Shown here in pieces: positions 1 through 9,987 of a DNA stretch of 64,000 nucleotides. The DNA is from Candidatus Woesebacteria bacterium RIFCSPHIGHO2_01_FULL_39_23. Lineage in GTDB: Bacteria > Patescibacteriota > Microgenomatia > UBA8517. Location of the stretch: positions 18,599-82,598 of the forward strand of contig MGGH01000036.1 of NCBI GenBank assembly GCA_001792305.1, written 5' to 3'. The first letter of the stretch is position 1, and each line of letters begins with the position of its first letter. Under the pieces are notes generated by a model. That model was not told where the DNA came from. It saw only the letters and a list, made by a program, of their open reading frames with translations, and made no database searches. A program made the position numbers and the translations under genes.

Positions 1-545
1 CTACCCTTTCAAAAGGAGCAAGCCTTTCAGTAGATTTGGTTATAGAAAAAGGATATGGTTACTCACCCGCTGAGGAAAGAGAACATGGAGAGATTGGGTT
101 GATCCCGGTTGACGCAGCATTTTCTCCCGTTATCAAGGTGAATTATAGAGTTGAAGAAACTCGTGTAGGTAGGCTAACTAATTATGACAAGCTTACACTT
201 GAGGTTTGGACTGATGGGACGATTGCGCCTAAGGAAGCACTAATTCGGGCATCCAAAACTTTGGTATCTTACTTTGAACAAATAATCTCACCTAAAAAAA
301 TTGTCAAAGAAAAAGATGAAAGGGAGATAGATAAGTTAGGACCAGCAGGTAAACTTTCTGTGGAGGAAATAGGTTTGCCGACCAGAGTTGCAAATGCACT
401 TTCAAGAGCTGGATATGAGACAGTCGAAAAGCTGGTTAAGGCAAAGTCTCAGGATCTTATGAAAGTGAGAAATTTGGGGGAAAAGTCATTCAAAATAATT
501 AGAGCAGCTTTGATGGAGAAAGGGGTTGATTTTAGTGAGAAATAG
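1..545 (+). CDS. rpoA: RNA polymerase alpha subunit (5'-partial)
   Basis: IPVDAAFSPV..NYRVEETRVG..YDKLTLEVWTDGTI and alpha-CTD (VRNLGEKS); frame is open back to the window edge. Confidence 0.97.
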   Translation, partial: TLSKGASLSVDLVIEKGYGYSPAEEREHGEIGLIPVDAAFSPVIKVNYRVEETRVGRLTNYDKLTLEVWTDGTIAPKEALIRASKTLVSYFEQIISPKKIVKEKDEREIDKLGPAGKLSVEEIGLPTRVANALSRAGYETVEKLVKAKSQDLMKVRNLGEKSFKIIRAALMEKGVDFSEK

Positions 546-1002
546 AGTATTTGGAAGAAAGTTATCTCGGGATACAGATACAAGAAAAGCAATGTTCCGA
601 AGCCTTGTGGCTGCTATTGTCAAAAATGGAAGCATAATTACGACAAAAGCTAAGGCAAAGTCTATACAGGGATTTATAGATAAGTTAATAACTAAGGTGA
701 AAAAAAACACTTTGGCAAGTAGAAGAAAAGTGATTGCAATCCTGGGCAACGACAAGGAAACAACAGAAAAGCTTTTTGGAGTTTTAAATGAGACTTTTGC
801 AAAAAGAAAGAGCGGTTTTACTAGGATTATTAATTTGCCCAAAAGACGTGGAGATTTGTCGAAAATGGTTAGATTGGAATTTGTAGACAAGTATGAAATC
901 AAAGCTAAATCTATCGTTAAAAAAGAAGTTAGAGTCGGTTTAAGGAAACCTGCCCAAAGCGAGGGTAAAGAAAATGAAAACACATCAACCAAAAATAGCT
1001 GA
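535..1002 (+). CDS. rplQ: 50S ribosomal protein L17
   Basis: GRKLSRDTDTRKAMFRSL, TTKAKAK, SGFTRII..RRGD; probable GTG start at 535. Confidence 0.95.
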   Translation: MRNRVFGRKLSRDTDTRKAMFRSLVAAIVKNGSIITTKAKAKSIQGFIDKLITKVKKNTLASRRKVIAILGNDKETTEKLFGVLNETFAKRKSGFTRIINLPKRRGDLSKMVRLEFVDKYEIKAKSIVKKEVRVGLRKPAQSEGKENENTSTKNS

Positions 1003-1393
1003 AATTCAAAGAAATTGGCATCTGATGGATGCGTCAAAGGAGCCACTTGGTAGGTTGGCCAGCAGTGCAGCGTATTTATTGATTGGCAAACAAAGGATCG
1101 ACTATGCGCCGAATTATGATATGGGTGATTATGTTGTTGTCAACAACGCAGAAAAGGTTAATGTTACCGGTAAAAAATCTAGTCAGAAAGTTTACAGAAG
1201 CCACTCTGGATATCCTGGTGGCTTCAAAGAGGTAACTTTTAAAAGGCTTTTAGAGAAAAAACCTGAAGAAATAATAAGGAAAGCAGTTTTTGGTATGCTT
1301 CCAGACAACCGCCTTAAAAAGTTTAGAATGAAAAGATTAATGATTGTTCGGGATGGTAGTAATCCTTACGCCGACAAATTTAATAATAAATAG
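974..1393 (+). CDS. rplM: 50S ribosomal protein L13
   Basis: WHLMDA..LGRLAS, HSGYPGG, AVFGMLP. Confidence 0.97.
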   Translation: MKTHQPKIAEIQRNWHLMDASKEPLGRLASSAAYLLIGKQRIDYAPNYDMGDYVVVNNAEKVNVTGKKSSQKVYRSHSGYPGGFKEVTFKRLLEKKPEEIIRKAVFGMLPDNRLKKFRMKRLMIVRDGSNPYADKFNNK

Positions 1394-1395
1394 TT

Positions 1396-1842
1396 ATGCC
1401 AAAGAAAAGCAAAAACTTAAAGAAAAATTTCGTTTATGCTCTGGGTAGAAGAAAGTCTGCTTCAGCAAGAGTGAAGCTGTATAAAAAGAGCTTTCGATCT
1501 GGCAATATAAAAGAAAATAGTGAAGATTTGGTAAATGGGCAAGTCATTGGTAGATATTTTCCAGGGGAAGCCATGCGAAAGATTTGGTTACGTCCTTTTG
1601 AGTTGACAGACACTTTGAATAAATACTTTGTCATGATTAAGGTTGTGGGAGGAGGCAAAATGGGTCAATTGGAAGCGGTTGTTCACGGTGTGTCAAAAGC
1701 CCTCTCAGTTGCAAATCCTGAAAAATTCAAAAGGGTTCTTAAAAAAGCTGGGCTTCTAACACGTGATCCCAGAATCCGCGAGCGCCGCAAAGTCGGCACT
1801 GGGGGCAAGGCCCGCCGCAAGAAACAATCTCCAAAGAGGTGA
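1396..1842 (+). CDS. rpsI: 30S ribosomal protein S9
   Basis: GRRKSASARV, GGGKMGQ, LTRDPRIRERRK..ARRKKQSPKR. Confidence 0.97.
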   Translation: MPKKSKNLKKNFVYALGRRKSASARVKLYKKSFRSGNIKENSEDLVNGQVIGRYFPGEAMRKIWLRPFELTDTLNKYFVMIKVVGGGKMGQLEAVVHGVSKALSVANPEKFKRVLKKAGLLTRDPRIRERRKVGTGGKARRKKQSPKR

Positions 1843-1845
1843 TAT

Positions 1846-1868
1846 ATCCTCAAGCGAAGTCGAGGGAT
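1846..1868. repeat. REP-like short palindrome
   Basis: ATCCTCAAGCGAAGTCGAGGGAT resembles CCCTGAGCGAAGTCGAAAGG at 49748-49767. Confidence 0.5.
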
Positions 1869-1931
1869 TAGCACTTGGTATTGACGAGGGAGACTTTCTT
1901 TGTTACAAATATTTTGTAAATATTTGTAACA
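1868..1931 (+). promoter_or_regulatory. Degenerate CIRCE-like site and 14-bp inverted repeat upstream of hsp20
   Basis: TTAGCACTT-N9-GAGGGAGAC at 1868-1894; TGTTACAAATATTT-tgt-AAATATTTGTAACA at 1901-1931. Confidence 0.5.
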
Positions 1932-1948
1932 GGAGGGGGGTGAGGTAA

Positions 1949-2380
1949 ATGGCAATTATTCGATGGGAACCACTTCGTGATATAGATAGATTTTTCGAAG
2001 ACGACGACTTTTGGAGCTTGCCGCGAACCATGAGTCGAGTTAATCAAAGCTGGGATCTGGCAGTTGATGTTTATGAAGACGCAAATGTTGTGGTTGCTGA
2101 AATGAATCTTCCGGGAATCGATCCCGACAAGCTGGATATTTCTGTAGAAGATGGATATTTACGAGTTTCCGGGTCTCGCGAAGAGGATAAAGAGATCAAA
2201 AAGAGAGGTTATTACAGCAAGCAGATAATGCGTGGAAGTTTTGAGAGAACAGTCCGCTTACCATACGAAGTTGATTCCAATAAAGCTAAAGCTGGTTACG
2301 ACAAAGGGGTCTTAAAAGTTGAAATTCCAAAGAAGAAAGAGTCAAAAGGTAGAAAGATCAAAGTTTCCGCTAAAAAGTAA
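1949..2380 (+). CDS. Hsp20/alpha-crystallin small heat-shock protein
   Basis: VDVYED..NLPGID..GSFERTVRLP..AGYDKGVLKVEIPK; strong SD upstream. Confidence 0.95.
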   Translation: MAIIRWEPLRDIDRFFEDDDFWSLPRTMSRVNQSWDLAVDVYEDANVVVAEMNLPGIDPDKLDISVEDGYLRVSGSREEDKEIKKRGYYSKQIMRGSFERTVRLPYEVDSNKAKAGYDKGVLKVEIPKKKESKGRKIKVSAKK

Positions 2381-2390
2381 AGCGTCTAGT

Positions 2391-3559
2391 TTACATCTCT
2401 TCGCCAGTAACTCTTATTACTTCGCTTATTGTTGTACCTTGCGCCACCTTATCAAGGGCCGCCTCCTTAAGATTTTTTATACCCTTTTGTTTAACTAAAG
2501 GGAGAAGGTCAGATAGCTGAGGATTTTCCGTGATAATGGATCTGATTTCCTCGTCAAAAGGAACTACCTCGAAAATTCCAATGCGGCCTTTATAACCACT
2601 CGTTACGCATTCATTACACCCTCTACCTTTAAATAAAGTACTTCCAGAAATATTTTCTACAAACCTTAATTCATTTTGTTTTGGAGAATATTCTTCTTTG
2701 CAATTATTGCAAATTTTTCTTACCAATCTGGCTGATATTACTGCATTGACTGAATTGGCAGTAACAGACCTTGGTACTCCCATTTCAATGAGCCTTGCGG
2801 TTACGCCGAATACGTTTAGAGTGTGGAATGTAGAAAAAACTAGCCTACCGGTTAATGCTGCCTGAATCGAAATTTGAGCTGTCTCGTTGTCTCTTATTTC
2901 TCCGACCATAATTATGTCTGGATCTTGCCGTAGTACTGCTTTTAAAGCCTTGCAAAAGTAAACGCTGTTGCTTCGTTAACCTGGGTTTGTCTAATTTCTT
3001 CCATTTGGACTTCAACAGGGTCTTCAATTGTAATGATATTATTGGTTTCTTTTTTGACCGAATTTAGTATTGAGTAAAGGAGTGTAGTTTTTCCCGATCC
3101 AGATGGTCCGGTGATCAAGACCATTCCGTATGGGTCATTTATTAGTTTTAACATAGTTTTATGTTGGTTTTCGTCAAACCCAAGTTCTGAAATGTCTATT
3201 AAGATATCTTCCCTGTTTAGTATCCTCATTACGATTGACTCGCCATAAATAGTGGGGAATGCGGAAACACGTATGTTATAGATTCTGACGTCGTAATTAA
3301 ACTCGAAATGCCCATCTTGGGGAAGCCTATGCTCGGTAATATCTAGTCCGGCTAGAACCTTTATTCTAGAGGTGATAGATTCCACGCTGTCCAAATTTAC
3401 CCGTTCGACGTCGTAGAGCATGCCGTCGATTCGAAACCTTACCTTTATACCCTCTCTTTGAGGTTCCAGATGAATGTCACTTGCTCTTTTACCGATCGCG
3501 TCAGTAAGAAGCCTATTTAGCCAATCGTTTTCTCCGGCACGAAGAGTAAAGTCCACCAT
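2391..3559 (-). pseudogene. PilB/GspE-family secretion ATPase, frameshifted
   Basis: ASDIHLEP, GPSGSGKTT, TIEDPVE in one frame; [14 protein letters not shown] and the Zn-finger in another; one missing base near 2950. Confidence 0.85.
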
Positions 3560-3649
3560 ATAGCCATTATGTTACTTTTCGATAAGTTCGGCAAACACTG
3601 ATTCCAAAAAAATGCTGAAGTGTAAACAGCCCGCTGGCAACACCAGTAC

Positions 3650-4099
3650 TTAGAGTTCCGTGCCTTCAATATATTTTGAAATAAAAAATCCTGCAATAAT
3701 TCCAATCAATAAGAAATAGAATATTATTAAAGTCCAAGCAAGAGTAATGGAGTTTTGGTTACCAATGATGTAAATGTTTGACTCTCTCATAAATTTCCAT
3801 AACCAAGTGCTGCTACCCCACGCGTGACCTGCAACAAGAGCAACTGCGAGCATCAAATTCAATGGTGATTTTAATTTAAGAAATAGTAGGTAAAGAATAA
3901 TAAACCAAATTACTCCTCCAATTACAAAAAGAGCGGGATGTTTTGCTAAAATGTAATACGCAGGGCTGGCTTCGTTGGCAAGTCTGTAGCTTATTTCCCA
4001 ATAACTTCTATCTTGTCCCAAAAGTGTGACAATTCCGTCCAATGTAGCGGGAAATAAAAATGAAAAAAAGAGGGGATTTTTCTTAAACATGCTTGTCAT
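3650..4099 (-). CDS. Hypothetical membrane protein
   Basis: 149 aa ORF with about four hydrophobic segments. Confidence 0.7.
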   Translation of the reverse strand: MTSMFKKNPLFFSFLFPATLDGIVTLLGQDRSYWEISYRLANEASPAYYILAKHPALFVIGGVIWFIILYLLFLKLKSPLNLMLAVALVAGHAWGSSTWLWKFMRESNIYIIGNQNSITLAWTLIIFYFLLIGIIAGFFISKYIEGTEL

Positions 4100-4177
4100 T
4101 TCTAATTTGAATTTTACACCTCTTAAACAGCTAAAGTCGATTTTACTGGATTCTATTGAGAAAGGAAAACTAGACTT

Positions 4178-4552
4178 TTAAACAGTGTTAGTTTCGGTCG
4201 CTTTTTCGAGGACTTTTGATTCCCGAAGCTCCACTTTGATTGGACGAAGTAGTTGTACTCCAAGATTTGCAACTTTAAAACCAGTTGACGCCACAAAACC
4301 CATGAAAAATAAGTGTGCTGCGATATTCAATGGTTTATTTAGTTTATCGGAACTAAGTAACTCTTGTTTAAGATCGGCATTTTCCGGAGCTTGTTCAGCA
4401 AGTTTTGATAAGTCCAGTGAAACCGATTCAAAAGAAAATAGATCGATTGGTTGAGCTTTCTTTGTAAATACCTGATAGACGTTAAATACCGAAAATAAAA
4501 TTGCAAAAACACCAAGACTTAAAAGTATATAACCGACTATTTTCTCACTCAT
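4178..4552 (-). CDS. Hypothetical membrane protein
   Basis: 124 aa, two hydrophobic helices, TACAAT just upstream. Confidence 0.75.
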   Translation of the reverse strand: MSEKIVGYILLSLGVFAILFSVFNVYQVFTKKAQPIDLFSFESVSLDLSKLAEQAPENADLKQELLSSDKLNKPLNIAAHLFFMGFVASTGFKVANLGVQLLRPIKVELRESKVLEKATETNTV

Positions 4553-4666
4553 ACGAAGTTATTGTACTATAAGTAAGCCTTAATTTCTAATTATGTGCAT
4601 CATTTGCAATTTTTTAATTTATTCCCTAATCTAAACATAGATAAACATTTATTTACTTAACGAATT

Positions 4667-5233
4667 ATGGCTATTGTAATGAGTAAGACAAGGGAACAAT
4701 TTCCCTTAAGTACAAAGAAGGTGTTAAAAAAGACGGTAGTAGGAACAATGATCTGGGTTATTTTACTTCTTATTATTTATGGTATTTCAGCGTTATCCAT
4801 TGTTTCACTATCAGAAACAATCGGTAATTATTTTGGAATAGTTACATTTGGTTTCTTGGGCTTTCTTTTCCTGATTGTAGTATTAACTTATCTTTATCAG
4901 TGGTGGTATTACAGTGTATATTTTTATGACTTAACAGACGATTATGTAATCATAAAAAAGGGTCCGATTACACCTCATGAAATTACTATTCCATATGAAC
5001 GCATTCAAGACGTCTATGTCGACCAAGATATTTTAGACAGGATATTTGGGTTATACGATGTCCACTTATCCAGTGCGACAGTTTCATCAGGTATGGCAGC
5101 ACATATTGATGGTGTAGAAAAGCCGGCCTCTGATGGGTTGCGTGCTGTTTTATTAGAAACTGTAAGCAGAAAGATTAGTAGGAATAGGGGTCAAAATACG
5201 CCACCAAGTAACCCTACACCTTCTGCACAATAA
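4667..5233 (+). CDS. Bacterial PH domain membrane protein (YdbS-like)
   Basis: Two TM helices then IPYERIQDVYVDQDILDRIFGL. Confidence 0.85.
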   Translation: MAIVMSKTREQFPLSTKKVLKKTVVGTMIWVILLLIIYGISALSIVSLSETIGNYFGIVTFGFLGFLFLIVVLTYLYQWWYYSVYFYDLTDDYVIIKKGPITPHEITIPYERIQDVYVDQDILDRIFGLYDVHLSSATVSSGMAAHIDGVEKPASDGLRAVLLETVSRKISRNRGQNTPPSNPTPSAQ

Positions 5234-5237
5234 GGTT

Positions 5238-5810
5238 ATGGATGGAGTTATCACAGAACAAAATTACCCAGTAGAAGGTGTTTGGGTTCTGAAATCTATT
5301 TTAGGTTCAATTGTTGCCCTACTAACTATTGGTTTGTTTTACCTGCTTAGCAAAGATAAAAGTGAAGTAGTCTTTTATTTACTGCTTATGGCTTTCCTAA
5401 TTCCCGTAAATTTAGTTTTTGCGGCCCTACGCAGAATTACGTTTCATTACGCTTTAGATTCCAAATTTTTAAACTTACAGCAAGGTATTTTGAATAAAAC
5501 ACAGAGACATATTCCGTATGGAGTAATACAAAATGTCTTTGTTAAGCAAGATTTGTTTGATAGATTATTTGGTCTTGCCTCACTTACTTTGGAAAACGCC
5601 TCAATGGGGGCAGGTAGTCAAGAAGGACTAACAAAAGTATTTGGCATAACTTTAAGCAATAAAAAGCAACAGAGGGTCGAAATGGTAGGCTTTAGCGGTA
5701 ACAAGGTGAGTATTCCAGGGCTTACAAAGCAAAATGCGGAGACGTTGAAGAGTATCGTTCTTCAAAAGATGAAAGAGAACCCCGTCGAAGACAGCCAGTC
5801 CGGTTTGTAG
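5238..5810 (+). CDS. Bacterial PH domain membrane protein (YdbS/YdbT-like)
   Basis: Two TM helices then IPYGVIQNVFVKQDLFDRLFGLASL; paralog of the upstream gene. Confidence 0.85.
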   Translation: MDGVITEQNYPVEGVWVLKSILGSIVALLTIGLFYLLSKDKSEVVFYLLLMAFLIPVNLVFAALRRITFHYALDSKFLNLQQGILNKTQRHIPYGVIQNVFVKQDLFDRLFGLASLTLENASMGAGSQEGLTKVFGITLSNKKQQRVEMVGFSGNKVSIPGLTKQNAETLKSIVLQKMKENPVEDSQSGL

Positions 5811-5907
5811 AAGCACTCCACTTTCCCAGAGTTGATAAGTAAATTTTTTGTAATGGATACTGTAATATCGGAGTTATTACAACAATCAGCTTATGTCTTT
5901 TACATAA

Positions 5908-6531
5908 TTATCTTTCAAGATTAAATAACTCTTGTAATTTCTTGACTATAGCTTCATCTGCTCTTTTATCTGCTAGCTCTCTTTCCTCTTGAGTAAGTTC
6001 GCTGTGTGGTTTACCAAAAGCGGAAGGACCCTGTAAGCTACTCATTGGCCAACCAGGTATCCTAACATTAGAAGGTGGCGAGAAAAACATAATTGGGTGG
6101 TCTAAAGAAACAGTGTGTATAGTTCCATCTGGATGTGCTATGCAGTAAGCAATATGCCATTTACCCGCCCGTTCTTCTTCAGGTACCGCAGACACGACTT
6201 GCTCCCAATACGAGAGTAGTGTTTCATCATCAACCTCATCTTTGCCGTTTATCCGTCTTACATGGACCCCAGGCTGCTGGTTCTCTGGCAAAAAATCAAC
6301 ATATAACGCTTCATCTTCAGAAAAGACTAACATACCAGTTCTTTGTGCATAATGTTTACCCTTTATCTCAGCGTTTTGTTCTGCTGTTTCCCCATTTTCT
6401 TCTGGCTTGTCAGTTATACCTAAATCACTCAGACCTACAACTTGTGAAGTATATTGAGATAATAACTTTCCGTATCTTTCGACTTTAGCGGGATTCTTAC
6501 TAGCAACAACGATACTTTCGATTTCTTTCAT
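5908..6531 (-). CDS. HAM1/ITPase-family non-canonical NTP pyrophosphatase
   Basis: VASKNPAK, PEENGETAEQNAEIK, SEDEALYVD..PGVHVRR. Confidence 0.8.
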   Translation of the reverse strand: MKEIESIVVASKNPAKVERYGKLLSQYTSQVVGLSDLGITDKPEENGETAEQNAEIKGKHYAQRTGMLVFSEDEALYVDFLPENQQPGVHVRRINGKDEVDDETLLSYWEQVVSAVPEEERAGKWHIAYCIAHPDGTIHTVSLDHPIMFFSPPSNVRIPGWPMSSLQGPSAFGKPHSELTQEERELADKRADEAIVKKLQELFNLER

Positions 6532-6595
6532 ATAACAATAATTCTATTATGTGTGAGGGCTACAAAAAAAGAGGTAGGTAACGACTTTTCTCTTT

Positions 6596-6669
6596 TGGTC
6601 GGGGAAAGGTGAATTGAACACCTACCACACCCACCCCATGGGCGTATTCTACCGTTAAACTATTCCCCG
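6596..6669 (-). tRNA. tRNA-Pro(GGG)
   Basis: Cloverleaf: CGGGGAA/TTCCCCG acceptor, CGCCC-ATGGGGT-GGGTG anticodon arm, AGGTG-TTCAATT-CACCT T arm, encoded CCA. Confidence 0.95.
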
Positions 6670-6765
6670 TCCTGTGAATTTTACCATATATCCACCTGAC
6701 TGACCCGGATTAGCTGTTGGCCAACTCTTGTTTTTACCAAGATTGTATGGTACAAGGAAAACAGA

Positions 6766-7845
6766 ATGGCTAGAGGGAAAAACGGGCCCGCTCTACAGAA
6801 TATTTCAAATAACGATTCAGGTTCACAAAAACTTCAGGCAATAAAACTTGCTATGGAGCAAATTGAAAAGCAGTATGGTAAGGGGTCTATCATGAAACTT
6901 GGAGACAGGCAGTCAATGAATGTTGATGTCATTTCAACCGGTTCAATTGCACTTGATTTGGCGCTCGGGGTTGGTGGGCTTCCAAGAGGAAGAATAGTCG
7001 AAATTTACGGACCAGAAGCCTCGGGAAAAACTACTCTTGCCCTTCATGTTATTGCTGAAGCACAAAAAAGGGGTGGACAAGCAGCTTTTATCGATGCAGA
7101 ACATGCATTAGACCCCACTCGTGCTGAGACAGTTGGAGTCAATTTGGATGATTTGCTTTTGAGTCAGCCCGATTCGGGAGAACAGGCACTTGAAATTACA
7201 GAAACTTTAGTGCGCTCCGGTGCATTGGATGTGATTGTGGTGGACTCTGTTGCTGCGTTGGTCCCAAGAGCTGAACTCGAAGGTGAAATGGGTGATGCAG
7301 TTATGGGTATGCAAGCCAGACTTATGAGCCAAGCCTTGAGGAAACTTACGGGTGCGATTTCGAAGTCTAAAACCATTTTGATTTTTACTAACCAGCTTAG
7401 GCAAAAAATCGGGGTGATGTTTGGGAATCCCGAAACTACTCCGGGGGGCTTGGCCTTAAAATTCTATTCCTCTGTAAGGCTGGATATAAGAAGGGTGGAC
7501 ACGATAAAAGAAGGAGACAATGTTATTGGAGTGAGAGCCAGAGTTAGAGTGGTTAAAAACAAAGTTGCTCCTCCTCTTCGTGTTGCTGAATTTGACATTA
7601 TGAATGATGAGGGTATATCAAAAGTTGGAAGTCTTCTTGATGTTGCGGTGGAACTTGGAATTCTAACTAAAAGCGGATCATTTTATAATTACCTAGGTAA
7701 GACACTTGCCCAGGGTAGGGAAGGTGCCAAACAGCACTTTAAAGATAATCCGAAATTTGCTGAAGAAATTGAAAAGAAAATTCGTGAAACAGTGGCTTCA
7801 GGCAAAAAAATACCAAAAGAGATAGGTGATGAACAAGCAGACTGA
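6766..7845 (+). CDS. recA: Recombinase RecA
   Basis: [31 protein letters not shown]. Confidence 0.99.
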   Translation: MARGKNGPALQNISNNDSGSQKLQAIKLAMEQIEKQYGKGSIMKLGDRQSMNVDVISTGSIALDLALGVGGLPRGRIVEIYGPEASGKTTLALHVIAEAQKRGGQAAFIDAEHALDPTRAETVGVNLDDLLLSQPDSGEQALEITETLVRSGALDVIVVDSVAALVPRAELEGEMGDAVMGMQARLMSQALRKLTGAISKSKTILIFTNQLRQKIGVMFGNPETTPGGLALKFYSSVRLDIRRVDTIKEGDNVIGVRARVRVVKNKVAPPLRVAEFDIMNDEGISKVGSLLDVAVELGILTKSGSFYNYLGKTLAQGREGAKQHFKDNPKFAEEIEKKIRETVASGKKIPKEIGDEQAD

Positions 7846-8305
7846 ATACCAAAATATATTCGATAAAGTAATAAAGTTTGCGACGCTTCGCCCCCGTTCA
7901 ATAAAAGAAATAGAACGTTACTTCAATAGAAAAAAGACTGTTAAAGGCGTACAAAAACAGCTGTTTAATAAACTAAAGAGTTTGGGATTAGTTGATGACA
8001 AAGAGTTTGCTCGCTGGTGGGTTGATCAAAGATTGACATTTAGACCGAAAGGAGAAAGATTACTTAGAAATGAATTAAGAATAAAAGGTATCTCTGAAGA
8101 CATTATAAGTACCGTTTTTGAGGAGAAAAATGTTATAAATGAACAAAAAAAGATAGCTACAAATATAATGAGTAAAAAAGTAAATCAATATAATAATTTA
8201 CCAATGAATAAAGCCAGAAAGAGAGCGTACAGCTTACTCTTAAGGAGGGGTTTTGACTGGGACATTGCAAGGGAAGTGATTGACGAATTTCTTGATAAAA
8301 AGTAA
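7829..8305 (+). CDS. recX: Regulatory protein RecX
   Basis: [30 protein letters not shown]; follows recA. Confidence 0.9.
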   Translation: MNKQTEYQNIFDKVIKFATLRPRSIKEIERYFNRKKTVKGVQKQLFNKLKSLGLVDDKEFARWWVDQRLTFRPKGERLLRNELRIKGISEDIISTVFEEKNVINEQKKIATNIMSKKVNQYNNLPMNKARKRAYSLLLRRGFDWDIAREVIDEFLDKK

Positions 8306-8396
8306 AATCAAAAGGAAGCAATATGCTTGAGGAGTTAAGAAAATTAAATCTTCTCAACAATTACTCTTAAGAGTGAATTTTTTGCTTCAAGTTTAT

Positions 8397-9641
8397 ATGT
8401 CAAAAGACGATATTAAGATACTGCTTGACGAGATAAGGCACGATAGGGAACTCTTGGGAAAAAAAGAAGTGTCTTTAAAGGCAAGAGAAAGTGACCTTAT
8501 TGATAAATTGGAGAGAGTTTCTGGAATGACCAGAATTGAGGCCAGAAAAATACTTCTTGATGAGTTTCAAAGAAGTCTAACTTCGGAAGTGGCTAAAAAG
8601 ATAAGGCAAGCGGAAGAAAAGATAAAACTCGAAGCCAAAGAAAAGGCCAAAGAGATACTTGCTGACGCCATGAAGCATGGAGCGACAACTTACGTTGCGG
8701 AGTACACGGTTTCTACGGTTACAGTCGAATCCGAGGAAACAAAAGGCCGGATTATCGGTCGTGAAGGAAGAAACATTAGAAGTTTTGAAAAAGAAACCGG
8801 AGTAGAGATTGAGCTTGACGAGGGTAATGTAATCAGACTTTCATCTTTTGACTCAATTAGAAGAGAAATAGCAAGGAGAGCACTTGAGATGCTACTCAAG
8901 GATACCAGAATACAACCTTCAAGAATTGAAGAAGTAGTAAGGCTTGTTAAGTCACAGATGGAAGATATTCTTCTTGAAGAAGGAAAGAAAATTGCTCAGG
9001 AATGCGGTGTTTTTAATCTTCCAACAGAAGTAGTAAAGCTTATTGGCAGATTTAAATTTAGAACTTCTTACGGTCAAAATTTAGCTCTTCACACAATTGA
9101 AGAAACCAAAATAGGTGTGTCGGTTGCCTCAGAAATAGGTGCTGATACTGAAATAGTGAGGCTTGGTTGCATTTTGCATGATATTGGTAAAGTTGTGACA
9201 GATGTTGAAGGAAATCATGTAGATGCAGGAGTAGCGACAGTCAAACGTTTCGGATTTCCAAAAGAAGTGATAGCAGCTGTTGCAGAGCATCATGAAGATA
9301 AGCCGTTTTCGTCTACCGAGTCTGTCATAGTTTGGATTGCCGATGCTGTTTCAGGTTCAAGACCTGGGGCACGCTACGAACCTTTTGAAGACTATGTAAA
9401 AAGAATGACTAAAATTGAGGAGATTTCAGGGAGTTTTCCAGGTGTAGATCAAGCAATAGCTTTCCAAGCGGGTCGCGATGTGAGAGTGATAGTTAAGCCA
9501 GAAGAAGTTGATGAAGATAAGTTAACAGTTCTCGCCAACGATATAGTAAGTAGGCTCGAAAAAGAAGCCGAATATGCGGGACAAGTAAAAGTTACAGTAA
9601 TTCGAGAAACCCGTGCTCAAGCCACAACTACGGCAAAATAA
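8397..9641 (+). CDS. rny: Ribonuclease Y
   Basis: KH domain KGRIIGREGRNIR, RTSYGQN, HD motif LHDIGK, SRPGAR. Confidence 0.95.
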   Translation: MSKDDIKILLDEIRHDRELLGKKEVSLKARESDLIDKLERVSGMTRIEARKILLDEFQRSLTSEVAKKIRQAEEKIKLEAKEKAKEILADAMKHGATTYVAEYTVSTVTVESEETKGRIIGREGRNIRSFEKETGVEIELDEGNVIRLSSFDSIRREIARRALEMLLKDTRIQPSRIEEVVRLVKSQMEDILLEEGKKIAQECGVFNLPTEVVKLIGRFKFRTSYGQNLALHTIEETKIGVSVASEIGADTEIVRLGCILHDIGKVVTDVEGNHVDAGVATVKRFGFPKEVIAAVAEHHEDKPFSSTESVIVWIADAVSGSRPGARYEPFEDYVKRMTKIEEISGSFPGVDQAIAFQAGRDVRVIVKPEEVDEDKLTVLANDIVSRLEKEAEYAGQVKVTVIRETRAQATTTAK

Positions 9642-9695
9642 CAAGAATACTTGACAAAGGAAATTCTTTAAATTATGCTTGTGGCGTAATAGTTT

Positions 9696-9974
9696 ATGAC
9701 AAAAAGGGAAATTATTGAACTTGTAGCTCGCAAGTCTCATCTAACCAAGAGAGCTACGGAAGAGTGTATTGATGTTTTTCTTTCTGAAATCGGCAGGGTT
9801 TTGGCTAAAGGAGAAAAAAGAGTAGTATTATCTGGTTTTGGTACTTTCAGGGTGATTCCGGTAAAGTCAAAAACAGTAAAGATTCCTAATACTGAGAAGT
9901 TTGTAACTATCAAATCCCACAGATCCCCCAAATTTACTCCGGGCAAAAAATTCAAAAGAGCAGTTTCTCGGTGA
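9696..9974 (+). CDS. HU-family DNA-binding protein
   Basis: MTKREII, LSGFGTF, PKFTPGK. Confidence 0.92.
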   Translation: MTKREIIELVARKSHLTKRATEECIDVFLSEIGRVLAKGEKRVVLSGFGTFRVIPVKSKTVKIPNTEKFVTIKSHRSPKFTPGKKFKRAVSR

Positions 9975-9987
9975 TATACTTTAAGTA

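Noticed and set aside
486-1046. 186-aa minus-strand ORF and many other antisense ORFs (e.g. 26119-26745, 47377-47853, 55305-55769)
   Set aside because: Shadows of well-supported genes with no motifs of their own
2391-6595. Possible island 3' of tRNA-Pro
   Set aside because: Genes look accessory, but I found no repeated tRNA end or integrase
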